Assembly (NCBI GenBank): GCA_963779415.1
Contig: CAVZYA010000003.1
Location: 288,001-352,000, forward strand
Reading direction: 5' to 3'
Length of the DNA stretch: 64,000 bases
Origin: an uncultured Acidobacteriota bacterium
Lineage (GTDB): Bacteria; Acidobacteriota; Thermoanaerobaculia; UBA5066
The notes below the pieces were generated by a model. That model saw only the letters and a list, made by a program, of their open reading frames with translations. It was not told the DNA's origin and made no database searches. Within the stretch, counting starts at the first letter, position 1, and each line of letters begins with the position of its first letter. Shown here piece by piece: positions 12,458-20,771 of this stretch. The position numbers and the translations under genes are program-made.

Positions 12458-12550
12458 GGCCCGAAAGTAGCCACCGGTAGGAACATAGATGCGGCTACCA
12501 GTAGGAACTTCCACGTCAAATGGCCCGAAAGCGGCTACCGGTAGCCACAT
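12458..12550. repeat. Three imperfect ~18-bp repeats (G(T/C)(A/G)GC(C/T)ACC(G/A)GTAG...), one with the palindrome GGCTACCGGTAGCC
   Basis: Copies start at 12467, 12491 and 12531; GGCCCGAAAG starts at 12458 and 12522, running into copies 1 and 3. Confidence 0.6.
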
Positions 12551-12568
12551 GGGGCTGCCGTCTAATAC

Positions 12569-13270
12569 TGGTTAGGCAGCCTGTCATGAAACGGATGGTC
12601 GTTCCTGTCATAGCCGCCGCTGCCGTGTCGCTGTCTGTTCTTGGCCTCGGAGCGACAAGGTCCGGGTTTTCCTTGCCGCCGTGGCTGCGTTCTACAGCCG
12701 AACCGGAGGTCCTCGCTGTTCACCTGTGGAACCTACCGAAGGAGTCCTTTCTATTTTGGATCGAATCGCCCCTCAAAGGCTGCGGAGACCAGGGTGGGCC
12801 CTGCCACTACCGTCTCTACGCAGCCTCCCGGCTTTCCGGGAAGACCCGGCTCATCATGCAGACAGACCCTCTCAAGTCCAAAGTTACACTTAACACCCTA
12901 TCGATTCGCCACGTCTATAGCCCACCGAAGTTCCCCGGGTTTCTGGAAGTACGTGGTGCGTCTGGCGCCGTGGGCGTATCACTCCACTTAATTGAGGCAG
13001 AGTGGTCCGCTCCGCTCGGAACATATAGTTTCAAGGTTGTCTTTGACGACGGAAGGCGGGCGTTCTTCTTCCGACATTCCGATGATGACTTCGTGGACGA
13101 GCTCATCGCTGTAGATCGGTGGGAATGGCAGCCCGGCCACTTCGACGTGAGCATTGGTATTCCAAGCGCGTATGAAGTATTTCGTTATCAGAAGGGCTCA
13201 TTTGTTCGCACAGCTAGCTACACAGTCTGGCCACCCCCACGGCCCCCAGGAAAATAGGGCTGCCTAACCA
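12569..13270 (+). mobile_element. Integron-type gene cassette (solitary; attC interrupted)
   Basis: Core site G|TTAGGC at 12571, 15 nt before the ATG; inverse core GCCTAAC at 13262-13268 just after the stop; 13-bp complementary ends TGGTTAGGCAGCC / GGCTGCCTAACCA; visibly lower GC. Confidence 0.7.
12586..13257 (+). CDS. Hypothetical exported/membrane-anchored protein (cassette ORF, 223 aa)
   Basis: Open frame with N-terminal hydrophobic segment 'MKRMVVPVIAAAAVSLSVLGLGA'; atypical codon usage. Confidence 0.65.
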   Translation: MKRMVVPVIAAAAVSLSVLGLGATRSGFSLPPWLRSTAEPEVLAVHLWNLPKESFLFWIESPLKGCGDQGGPCHYRLYAASRLSGKTRLIMQTDPLKSKVTLNTLSIRHVYSPPKFPGFLEVRGASGAVGVSLHLIEAEWSAPLGTYSFKVVFDDGRRAFFFRHSDDDFVDELIAVDRWEWQPGHFDVSIGIPSAYEVFRYQKGSFVRTASYTVWPPPRPPGK

Positions 13271-13272
13271 CG

Positions 13273-13631
13273 TATCTGGACTCCTCCTGTTGGTCAAGCG
13301 AGGGTGGTGTCTGATCTTCTCCTCTTAAGCAAGGCGACGTTTCGATGCGCGAGGTGCTTGCCGCGTCCGAACGAGCCGGGGGGGATGAGCGGTGGGGTCG
13401 CGACGGCACACGTATCTTCGGCCTCTCGAGGTGGAGCCAGCGTGGGCTCCGGGCCAGGATGAAATCCGCACACGGGGAGCCAATCGTTGGCACAACGGCC
13501 TCTTGGGGCCAGCGGGGTTATCGGCTTTCCCCCGTGTCGGTCGGACCGAGCTCATCTCTCGTTTCTCTTCGCGTTCGTCGGCGGGAAGGCTTTCTTTTAG
13601 ACTCCTTTCGCCGTTCGTCTCTTTAGGCCGG
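13273..13631 (-). mobile_element. Right end of an IS1111-type (IS110 family) element, transposase absent
   Basis: Minus strand: sub-terminal IR GGAGGAGTCCAG, outward -35 TTGACC (13297-13292), motifs GGTCCGACCG, AAGCCGATAAC, GCGGATTTCATCCTGGCCCGG and GAGGCCGAAGATACG; probable transposase stop CCG-GCC-TAA at 13631-13623. Confidence 0.7.
13390..13560 (-). ncRNA. Putative bridge RNA / seekRNA (boundaries approximate)
   Basis: Nested stems carrying short matches to the flanking target (TAACCcCG vs TAACCaCG) and to the element end (AGATACGTG). Confidence 0.6.
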
Positions 13632-13863
13632 GGTGATTGGGGTCAGGTCTCAGTTTTCTATTATAGAAGCCTCGGGGACAGCGGCCACGGGCAGGACGGG
13701 GCGGCCCGAAGAGGGCGGCGACGGCACTCGCCCGGTCCCGGATGACGGTGATTGGGGTCAGGTCTCACTTATCTATTATAGGAGCCTCTGGGACAGCGGC
13801 CACGGGCAGGACGGGGCGGCCCGAAGAGGGCGACGATGGCACCCGCCCGGTCCCGGATGACGG
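13632..13863 (+). repeat. Tandem repeat, 2 x 115 bp, headed by GGGGTCAGGTCTCA (REP/HUH-end-like)
   Basis: Copies start at 13632 and 13747; 7 mismatches counted by eye. Confidence 0.85.
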
Positions 13864-13929
13864 AGATACGGACCGGGGATGATCTAGACTCGCGGCGGAA
13901 GCAGGCCTCGAGGTCGTGAAGGAACTCCG

Positions 13930-14283
13930 ATGACGCGTCGGGAGCTGAAAGAGGCGGCGACCGAAGAGGGGCGGGCGGTGCTGGTCCCCGGCATGAAGGA
14001 GCCCGCCCTGCGCGGAGGCGGCGACATCGATTACACCTGTCCGGGCTGCGGGTCGGTACTGGCCGAGCAGGTCGGCGAGGGGCGCATCTGGGATCTCGTC
14101 ATCGAGTGCGGGAGCTGCGGGACGCTCGCCGAGTTCCCGAAGCTGGCCGAAGGGAGCCACGCGGACGGCTACGTCTTCTTTCCCGCGGGGCGTTTCCCGA
14201 TCACCCGGTCCGTCGACACCCGGGGCGCGCTCCTCGTCGGAGTCGGCGCCATCCGCGGCCGCTCGGCACCGTATCTCCACTGA
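13930..14283 (+). CDS. Small zinc-ribbon protein
   Basis: CPGC...CGSC pairs; AAGGAA upstream. Confidence 0.65.
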   Translation: MTRRELKEAATEEGRAVLVPGMKEPALRGGGDIDYTCPGCGSVLAEQVGEGRIWDLVIECGSCGTLAEFPKLAEGSHADGYVFFPAGRFPITRSVDTRGALLVGVGAIRGRSAPYLH

Positions 14284-14342
14284 ACACCCCTCAGCTGGAC
14301 TATGCTCGGAGGACTCGAAAAGAGAACTTTGAGGAGGTTCCG

Positions 14343-14903
14343 ATGGTTCCGGTGACGTCGCTGTGGCTCCCGATCGTCCTTTCGGCGGTGATTGTGTTTG
14401 TCGCCAGCTCGATCATCCACATGGTCCTTCCGTTCCACAAAGGCGACTACAAGAAGCTCCCGAACGAGGAGGGCGTGATGGACGCTCTCCGGGCGTTCAA
14501 GCTGGGGGCGGGGGACTATGTCTTCCCGTGCGTCGGGAGCCCGAAGGAGATGAAGGAACCGGCCTTTCTCGAGAAGAGAACCCGGGGGCCCGTCGGCATG
14601 ATGACGATCATCGAGAGCGGCCCCGTCTCCATGGGGCCGAGCCTCGCCCAGTGGTTCCTCTACTGCCTCGTGGTCGGCGTCTTCGCCGCGTACATCTCGG
14701 GGCGCGCCCTCGGGCCGGGCGCGCATTACCTGAAGGTATTCCGTTTCGCGGGCGCGACCGCCTTCATCGGCTACTCGCTCGCCCTCTGGCAGAACACGAT
14801 CTGGTACAAGCGCGCCTCCCTGACGACGCTCAAGTCGAACGTGGACGGACTCGTCTACGGGCTCCTGACGGCCGGGACCTTCGGCTGGCTCTGGCCCCGC
14901 TGA
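14343..14903 (+). CDS. Conserved hypothetical membrane protein
   Basis: Strong GAGGAGG RBS; ~4 TM segments; ends 'GTFGWLWPR'. Confidence 0.75.
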   Translation: MVPVTSLWLPIVLSAVIVFVASSIIHMVLPFHKGDYKKLPNEEGVMDALRAFKLGAGDYVFPCVGSPKEMKEPAFLEKRTRGPVGMMTIIESGPVSMGPSLAQWFLYCLVVGVFAAYISGRALGPGAHYLKVFRFAGATAFIGYSLALWQNTIWYKRASLTTLKSNVDGLVYGLLTAGTFGWLWPR

Positions 14904-14940
14904 GCCCGCGCGCCGCGACGGAAGGTCCGCACTCCCGCGC

Positions 14941-15609
14941 ATGCCGTTCCCGGCGTCCCTCGTCGCGCTGAGCGCCGCGGCGGCCGTATCGGCCGCCCTC
15001 GCCGTGCGCGGGCACTACGATGGGCCACGCCGGACCCTCGTCTACGTCTTCAAGCCGTTGACGACGATCCTGATCCTCACGATTGCACTTCGGCCGTCGA
15101 GCGGCGCCCCGGGTCGTTACGCCGGCGGCGTCGCGCTCGGGCTCGTCTTTTCCCTCGCCGGCGACGTCTTCCTCATGCTCCCCCGGGACCGTTTCCGCGA
15201 AGGGCTCGCGAGCTTCCTCGCCGCGCACGTCTGTTACATCGTCGCCTTCACGTCGGGGATCGCGCTCTTCACCGGGCCCGCGGCGGCGGCCGCCTTCGGC
15301 GCGCTCGGTCTCGTTCTCCTCCGTCTCCTCTGGCCGGGCATTCCGCGCCGCCTTCGCCTTCCCGTCGTCCTCTACGTCGCGGTGATCCTGACGATGGCGT
15401 TCCAGGCGACGGGCCGCGCCCTGCAGATTCACGACGCGTCGTCGCACCTTGCCGCTACGGGAGCCGCCCTCTTCGTCGTTTCCGACGCTCTTCTCTCATG
15501 GGACCGGTTCCGGGTCCCGTTCCGTTCCTCGCGGGCCGCCGTCCTCTCGACCTATTTCCTCGCCCAGTGGCTGATCGCCCTCTCCGTTCCGGCCGCAGCG
15601 TCGCCCTGA
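14941..15609 (+). CDS. YhhN/lysoplasmalogenase family membrane protein
   Basis: 'FKP', 'SLAGDVFLM', 'GLASFLAAH..Y', 'LFVVSD.LL', 'TYFLAQ'. Confidence 0.88.
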   Translation: MPFPASLVALSAAAAVSAALAVRGHYDGPRRTLVYVFKPLTTILILTIALRPSSGAPGRYAGGVALGLVFSLAGDVFLMLPRDRFREGLASFLAAHVCYIVAFTSGIALFTGPAAAAAFGALGLVLLRLLWPGIPRRLRLPVVLYVAVILTMAFQATGRALQIHDASSHLAATGAALFVVSDALLSWDRFRVPFRSSRAAVLSTYFLAQWLIALSVPAAASP

Positions 15610-15683
15610 GCGGCCCCCCTCGCGGGAGAGACGCCCGGGCCGCGCCGCGCTATCGTCCGGAGAGCAAAGAGGAGGATCGCTCC

Positions 15684-15956
15684 GTGGCCTTCGACTCCGG
15701 CGACTCCGAGTCACCCAGCCCCTTCAGCCGGCAACAGCTCGTCGCCGGGGCGCTCTCCGCCGGCCTCGTCTCCTCGGCATGGCCGGTGCTCGATGACGCC
15801 CCGCCGGCCGGCGACGTCCCGTTCGAGCTTTCCGAGGCGACGACGGCGGGGTCGCTCGCGCTCGTGGGAGCCCGTCCCCCGGCCGACGCGTTCCTCGTCC
15901 GGCGGCTTCGCGAGGCGGGCGCCGGCCTCCGCGTTTCCTTCCGACCGCCGACCTGA
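15684..15956 (+). pseudogene. Internally deleted amidase-signature enzyme remnant
   Basis: Tat-like leader, then 'FELSEAT' fused directly to 'TAGSLALVGARPPADAFLVRRLREAGA'; no catalytic GGSS/GS region. Confidence 0.6.
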
Positions 15957-15977
15957 GCCTCTGAAGGAGTGACACCA

Positions 15978-16487
15978 ATGAGCCTGATACCCCCCGAGAC
16001 GTTCCGCCGCTTCTTCGAATACGAGAAGGACGCCCACGCGAAGACGCTCGTCTCGCTCTCCGCCGTCCCCCCGGAGAAGCGCGCGGCGCCGGAGTTCCAG
16101 AAGGCCGTCGAACTGATGGCTCACATCGTCGGGGCGCGGTGGTTCTGGTTCCAGCGAATCGGCGCCACGACGGAGAGGCCCCTGAAGATGTTCGTCAAGA
16201 ACTTCCCCGTCGCCGACCTTCCCGCACGCGTTTCGGAGATGGAGGCGGCCTGGAGCCGCTACCTCGACGGGCTGACCGAGGCCGAGCTTTTTCGCGCCGT
16301 CGAATGGGGACCGGCGGACGGCCCGCGATTCACGAACACGGTGGAAGAGGTTCTGACCCAGACCTTCGGCCACTCGATCTACCACCGCGGCCAGATCGCC
16401 CTCCTCCTCCGGCAGATCGGGTGCGAACCGGCGGCAACGGAGTTCGTCTACTTCACGCGGAAGCCCGCCGCCCCCCTTCCGCGCTGA
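15978..16487 (+). CDS. DinB/YfiT family protein
   Basis: 'MAHIVGARWFW', 'HSIYHRGQI' metal-binding His pattern (alternative GTG at 15969). Confidence 0.85.
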   Translation: MSLIPPETFRRFFEYEKDAHAKTLVSLSAVPPEKRAAPEFQKAVELMAHIVGARWFWFQRIGATTERPLKMFVKNFPVADLPARVSEMEAAWSRYLDGLTEAELFRAVEWGPADGPRFTNTVEEVLTQTFGHSIYHRGQIALLLRQIGCEPAATEFVYFTRKPAAPLPR

Positions 16488-16520
16488 CGGGGACGCCGCG
16501 CACTGCTATCGTTGGCGGCG

Positions 16521-16886
16521 ATGACCCATCCCGTACCGACCCGTCGGATCCTCCAGTGGCTTCTGCCGTCCGCGCTCTCGGTCGTTCTGCTTCTCCTGCT
16601 CCCGGAGCCCTGGTGGCCGCTCGCCTTCGTTCCGGCCCTCGCCGGAATGCTGCTCAAGAGCCGCAAGGACGATCTCCGTCGGCCGCTCTCGCCGGGATTC
16701 GTCCTCGCCCAGATGAGCCCGATTCTGGTCCTGAGCGCCCTCACGCTCCTCTTCTACGCCATCCCGTCGCTCCGCGACCACCTGCCCGCCGACTGGATCG
16801 TCCGGCTCGTTCTCTTCCTCGGCTGGATGCTCTCGGCTTACAACCTCTGGCGCCGTTCCCTGCGAGCCCGCCCCGGGACGGTCTGA
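16521..16886 (+). CDS. Hypothetical membrane protein
   Basis: ~4 hydrophobic segments; TGcTATCGT 8 nt upstream. Confidence 0.6.
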   Translation: MTHPVPTRRILQWLLPSALSVVLLLLLPEPWWPLAFVPALAGMLLKSRKDDLRRPLSPGFVLAQMSPILVLSALTLLFYAIPSLRDHLPADWIVRLVLFLGWMLSAYNLWRRSLRARPGTV

Positions 16887-16940
16887 GCCGCCCGGGAACG
16901 CGGCGGCGTCCGCCCGGCCGACGCCCCCCGCGGTGCGCCG

Positions 16941-17870
16941 TCAGTAGAGCTCGACGCCGGTCAAGGCGGACGTGATCCGGGTGCCGGCTTCGCCGCGGAC
17001 GATGCGGCCGACGTCTGCGAGGGAGCCAATCGCGGCATCCTTCCCCGTGGCGACGGCGAACTCGATCGCCGACTCGACTTTCGGCCCCATCGAGCCCGCG
17101 GCGAATCGAAGGCCCCGGAGCGCTTCGGGCGAGGCCCGCCGGATCGCGCGCCGCTCCGGCGTTCCCCAGTCGAGATAGACGGCGTCGGCGTCCGTCGCCA
17201 TGACGAAGAGGTCGCAGTCGAGCTCGCGTGCCATGAGAGCGCCCGCGCGGTCCTTGTCGACGACCGCCTCGACGCCGTGGAGCTTGCCGTCGGGGCCGTA
17301 CATCGTCGGGATCCCCCCGCCGCCGGCGCAGATGACGATGCACCCCTTCTCGAGGAGCCACCGGACCGGGCGGATCTGGAAGATCCGCTTCGGCTTCGGC
17401 GAGGGAACGACGCGACGGAAGCCCGCCCCGTCCGGGGCCATCGACCACCCCTTCTCGGCCTCGAGTCGGACGGCATCCTCGCTGGAGTAGACGGGGCCGA
17501 TCGGCTTATCGGGGCTCTTCCAGGCCGGGTCGTCGGGGTCGACCTCGGTCATGGAAAGGAGCGTCGCGAAGGGCTGCTCGAACGGGAGGATGTTCCCGAG
17601 CTCCTGCTCGATCATGTAGCCGATCATCCCTTCGGTCTCCGCTCCGAGAACGTCGAGGGGATAGATCTCGGACTTCGAGTAGGCGGCCCCCTGCAGGGCG
17701 AGAAGCCCCACCTGCGGTCCGTTCCCGTGGCTCACGATGAGCTGGTGCTCGCGCCCGAGGGGTGCGAGGGTCTCGGCGGCGATCTTGACGTTCTTTCGCT
17801 GGTTCTCGGCCGTCAGCGGCTCCCCGCGCCTGAGGAGAGCATTGCCGCCCAGGGCCACCAGGATGCGCAT
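16941..17870 (-). CDS. arcC: Carbamate kinase
   Basis: 'VALGGNAL', 'SHGNGPQVG', 'KPIGP', 'RRVVPSP', 'GGGGIP', 'GSMGPK'. Confidence 0.95.
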   Translation of the reverse strand: MRILVALGGNALLRRGEPLTAENQRKNVKIAAETLAPLGREHQLIVSHGNGPQVGLLALQGAAYSKSEIYPLDVLGAETEGMIGYMIEQELGNILPFEQPFATLLSMTEVDPDDPAWKSPDKPIGPVYSSEDAVRLEAEKGWSMAPDGAGFRRVVPSPKPKRIFQIRPVRWLLEKGCIVICAGGGGIPTMYGPDGKLHGVEAVVDKDRAGALMARELDCDLFVMATDADAVYLDWGTPERRAIRRASPEALRGLRFAAGSMGPKVESAIEFAVATGKDAAIGSLADVGRIVRGEAGTRITSALTGVELY

Positions 17871-18868
17871 CACGCCAGCGTGGCGACGAGGAGCGCCTTG
17901 ATCGTGTGCATCCGGTTCTCGGCCTGGTCGAAGACGACCGAAGCCGGCGACTCGAAGACATCGTCCGTCACCTCGAGGCCGTCGAGGTCGAACGTGCGGA
18001 AGAGCTCCTCCCCCTTGGTCGTCTCCCGGTTGTGGAAGGCCGGGAGGCAGTGGAGGAACTTCGCGTCCGGATTTCCCGTCGCCTTCATCAGCTTTGCGTT
18101 CACCTGGTACTTCTTCAGGATCGAGATCCGCTCGGCCCACTTCCCGGCGGGCTCGCCCAGCGAGACCCAGACGTCGGTGTAGACGAAGTCGCACCCCTTG
18201 ACGCCCTTCTTCGGCTCGTCGGTGATGGTGATCGCGGCCCCCGAGAGCGCGGCGAGCGCCTTCGCCCTCTCAACGACCCTCTCGTCCGGCGAGAGGGCCT
18301 TCGGCCCGACGAGCCTCACGTCCATTCCCATCAGCGCTCCGGAAAGGAGGAGCGAGTGCGCCACGTTGTTCCGGGCATCGCCGAGAAACGCGAACGAGAG
18401 GTCCTTGAGCGGCGCTCCGGCGTGCTCTTCCATCGTCAGGAGATCCGCGAGAATCTGTGTCGGGTGGGACTCGTCCGTCAGTCCGTTGTAGACCGGGACC
18501 CCGGCGTGCTTCGCGAGGATCTCGATGCTCTCCTGCGAGAAGCCCCGGTACTCGATGGCGTCGTACATCCGGCCGAGGACGCGGGCGGTGTCCTTCATCG
18601 ACTCCTTGTGGCCGATCTGCGAACCCGAAGGGTCCAGGGTGGTCACGCCCATCCCCTGGTCGCGAGCCGCCACCTCGAAGGCGCAGCGGGTCCGGGTCGA
18701 GGTCTTCTCGAAAACGATGCAGAGGTTCTTCCCCGAGAGGCGGGGGGTCTCGAGCCCGGCGCGCTTGGCGCGCTTCAGGTCGCGGGCGAGGTCGAGCAGG
18801 AAGCGGAACTCGGCGGCCGAAAGGTCGGTCACGTCGAGAAGGCTGCGATTTCTCAGGTTCACGGGCAT
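17870..18868 (-). CDS. arcB: Ornithine carbamoyltransferase (likely catabolic)
   Basis: 'FEKTSTRTR', 'HPTQ', 'TDVWVSLGE', 'HCLP', 'QAENRMH'; coupled to arcC. Confidence 0.93.
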   Translation of the reverse strand: MPVNLRNRSLLDVTDLSAAEFRFLLDLARDLKRAKRAGLETPRLSGKNLCIVFEKTSTRTRCAFEVAARDQGMGVTTLDPSGSQIGHKESMKDTARVLGRMYDAIEYRGFSQESIEILAKHAGVPVYNGLTDESHPTQILADLLTMEEHAGAPLKDLSFAFLGDARNNVAHSLLLSGALMGMDVRLVGPKALSPDERVVERAKALAALSGAAITITDEPKKGVKGCDFVYTDVWVSLGEPAGKWAERISILKKYQVNAKLMKATGNPDAKFLHCLPAFHNRETTKGEELFRTFDLDGLEVTDDVFESPASVVFDQAENRMHTIKALLVATLA

Positions 18869-19005
18869 CTCGGTCTCCTTGAAGAGTCGAAGCGCCCCCA
18901 TTCTGCCCCGGTTGGCGCCGGACGGCGACCGGCCGCGGCGCGCAGCGACGAGACGCCGCGCCGGGGGACCCCCGGCGCCTATACTCTCCCCCCCGAGACC
19001 GGAAG

Positions 19006-19440
19006 ATGAGCCCCCTTCCCTCCGCCTATCCCGTCGAGGTGCCGCGCAGCGTCCGCGTCCTCGTGGCCGCCACGCTCGTCCTCCTCTCGGCCGTGGGGCT
19101 CGTCCTTCTCGTCATCTCGCTCGCGAGCCCGACGTCGCCGGCATGGCTCCTCGTCTTCGCCGTTCTCTGGCTCGTCGCCGTGGTGCTCCTTGCGGTACAG
19201 GTTCTCGCCTTCCCGACCCGGCTCGAGCTGGGGACCGACGGCGTGATCCGGTTCGTCTGCCCCACGCGGATCGTCGCCGTGCCGCTTTCGTCGATCCGGG
19301 CCATCCGCCCCGGCTCCTTCGGCCTCCTCGTTGTCCACGACCGGGGAACGATCCGGATCCCCGTCCGTCCAACGGGTCTCGCCGACCTCGCGACGCGCGT
19401 GAAGGCCGCGAGCACCCGCGCGGTCCTCATCGGGATCTGA
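19006..19440 (+). CDS. Hypothetical membrane protein (2 TM + bacterial PH-like domain)
   Basis: Two TM helices, then beta-rich '[11 protein letters not shown]...VPLSSIRAI'. Confidence 0.55.
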   Translation: MSPLPSAYPVEVPRSVRVLVAATLVLLSAVGLVLLVISLASPTSPAWLLVFAVLWLVAVVLLAVQVLAFPTRLELGTDGVIRFVCPTRIVAVPLSSIRAIRPGSFGLLVVHDRGTIRIPVRPTGLADLATRVKAASTRAVLIGI

Positions 19441-19464
19441 GCTGCCGGACGGTAGACTCGCCCC

Positions 19465-20127
19465 GTGACGATCCTCTTTTCCGTGAGAAAGCTGGCTCTC
19501 CCCGGGCCGGGGGAGGCACTCCCCGGGCGGGCCGAGCCGATGCCCATTCCCGAACGTCATTTCCTGAACGGAAATCGCCTCTCTCCACCTTTCCCGGAAG
19601 GAACCGAGCGGGCCCTCTTCGGGATGGGCTGCTTCTGGGGAGCGGAGCGGCTCTTCTGGCAGGCGCCCGGCGTTTACGCGACGGCCGTCGGATATGCGGG
19701 CGGCCAGACTCCGAATCCGACCTACCGCGAGGTCTGCACGGGAGAGACCGGGCACGCGGAAGCCGTCCTCGTCGTCTTCGATCCGGCGTCCGTCTTCTAT
19801 GCGGATCTTCTCCGCCTCTTCTGGGAGAAACACGACCCGACGCAGGGAATGCGCCAGGGAAACGACGTCGGAACCCAGTACCGTTCCGCGATCTTCACCT
19901 TCGGCGAGGTTCAGCAGCGCGCCGCCGAGGCCAGCCGAGCGGCGTACCAGGAGGTCCTGAGCGGAGCGGGCCGGGGCGCGATCACGACCGAGATCCTCGA
20001 AGCGCCAACGTTCTATTACGCCGAGGAGGAACACCAGCAGTACCTCGGAAAGAACCCCGACGGTTACTGCGGCCTCGCCGGCACGGGGCTTTCCTGCCCG
20101 GCCGGACCCGTACAATCTCCGCCATGA
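19465..20127 (+). CDS. msrA: Peptide methionine sulfoxide reductase A
   Basis: 'GCFWG', 'GYAGG..PNPTY.EVC', '[18 protein letters not shown]', 'AEEEHQQY'. Confidence 0.97.
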   Translation: MTILFSVRKLALPGPGEALPGRAEPMPIPERHFLNGNRLSPPFPEGTERALFGMGCFWGAERLFWQAPGVYATAVGYAGGQTPNPTYREVCTGETGHAEAVLVVFDPASVFYADLLRLFWEKHDPTQGMRQGNDVGTQYRSAIFTFGEVQQRAAEASRAAYQEVLSGAGRGAITTEILEAPTFYYAEEEHQQYLGKNPDGYCGLAGTGLSCPAGPVQSPP

Positions 20128-20744
20128 AACGTCTTCTTCTCCTCGCCGCCGCCCTCCTCGCGCTCGGTCCCTTTCCGGCGTCCGCACAGAGTTCCGACGA
20201 CCTGACGCTCTTCGAGCGCTATGCGAAGAAGACCGAGAAAAACCCTGCTCTCGGGAAGATGGCCGAAACCCCCCCTGCCGGACTCGAAAAGGCGAAGTGG
20301 ATGGCCGGGACCTGGGACGTCACGTCGCGCCGTTACGGGACGCCGACCCTTCCCGAGCGGGTCCAGAAGGGGACACGCCGGACGAACTTCGAGATGAAGG
20401 GATGGTGGCTCGCCTCGATCGACGACATCGGCGACCTGAAGGCGGCTTCCCTCATCACCGAGGACCCCTTCTCGCAAAAGTGGGTGCGCGTATTCCTGAG
20501 CAGCTGGGGAGGGGGGCTCGCGCGGCCGATGATCTCCTCGGAAGGCTGGCAGGACGGAAATATCTCCTTCGAGGGGGCGATCGTCCTCTTCGGCGAGCCC
20601 GTCGACGTCCGCCTCCGGATCTCGAGGGCCGACGAGGACCACTACTTCGAGGTCTGGGAAGAGAAACTCCCCGGAAACCGGATCGTCCCGATCTTCGAGG
20701 TTCAGGCGGTCCGGCGGAAGGCCGCGCCCGCCAGGGCGAAGTAG
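20124..20744 (+). CDS. Secreted hypothetical protein (beta-barrel, DUF1579-like)
   Basis: Signal peptide '[21 protein letters not shown]'; 'WMAGTWDV'. Confidence 0.6.
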   Translation: MKRLLLLAAALLALGPFPASAQSSDDLTLFERYAKKTEKNPALGKMAETPPAGLEKAKWMAGTWDVTSRRYGTPTLPERVQKGTRRTNFEMKGWWLASIDDIGDLKAASLITEDPFSQKWVRVFLSSWGGGLARPMISSEGWQDGNISFEGAIVLFGEPVDVRLRISRADEDHYFEVWEEKLPGNRIVPIFEVQAVRRKAAPARAK

Positions 20745-20771
20745 CGCGGCGGCGGACGGTCGGGCGGAGCG

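Noticed and set aside
13262-13480. Group IIC-attC intron remnant (minus-strand GTGTGCG near 13473)
   Set aside because: The inverse core GCCTAAC is intact rather than split, no domain V/VI or RT remnant is visible, and the IR plus guide matches fit IS1111 better.
13218-13860. Short ORFs called across the IS end and tandem repeat
   Set aside because: No RBS or recognisable domains; they overlap structured non-coding and repeat DNA.
13632-13863. CRISPR array
   Set aside because: There are only two units and the whole 115 bp is repeated, so there are no unique spacers; no cas genes are in the window.
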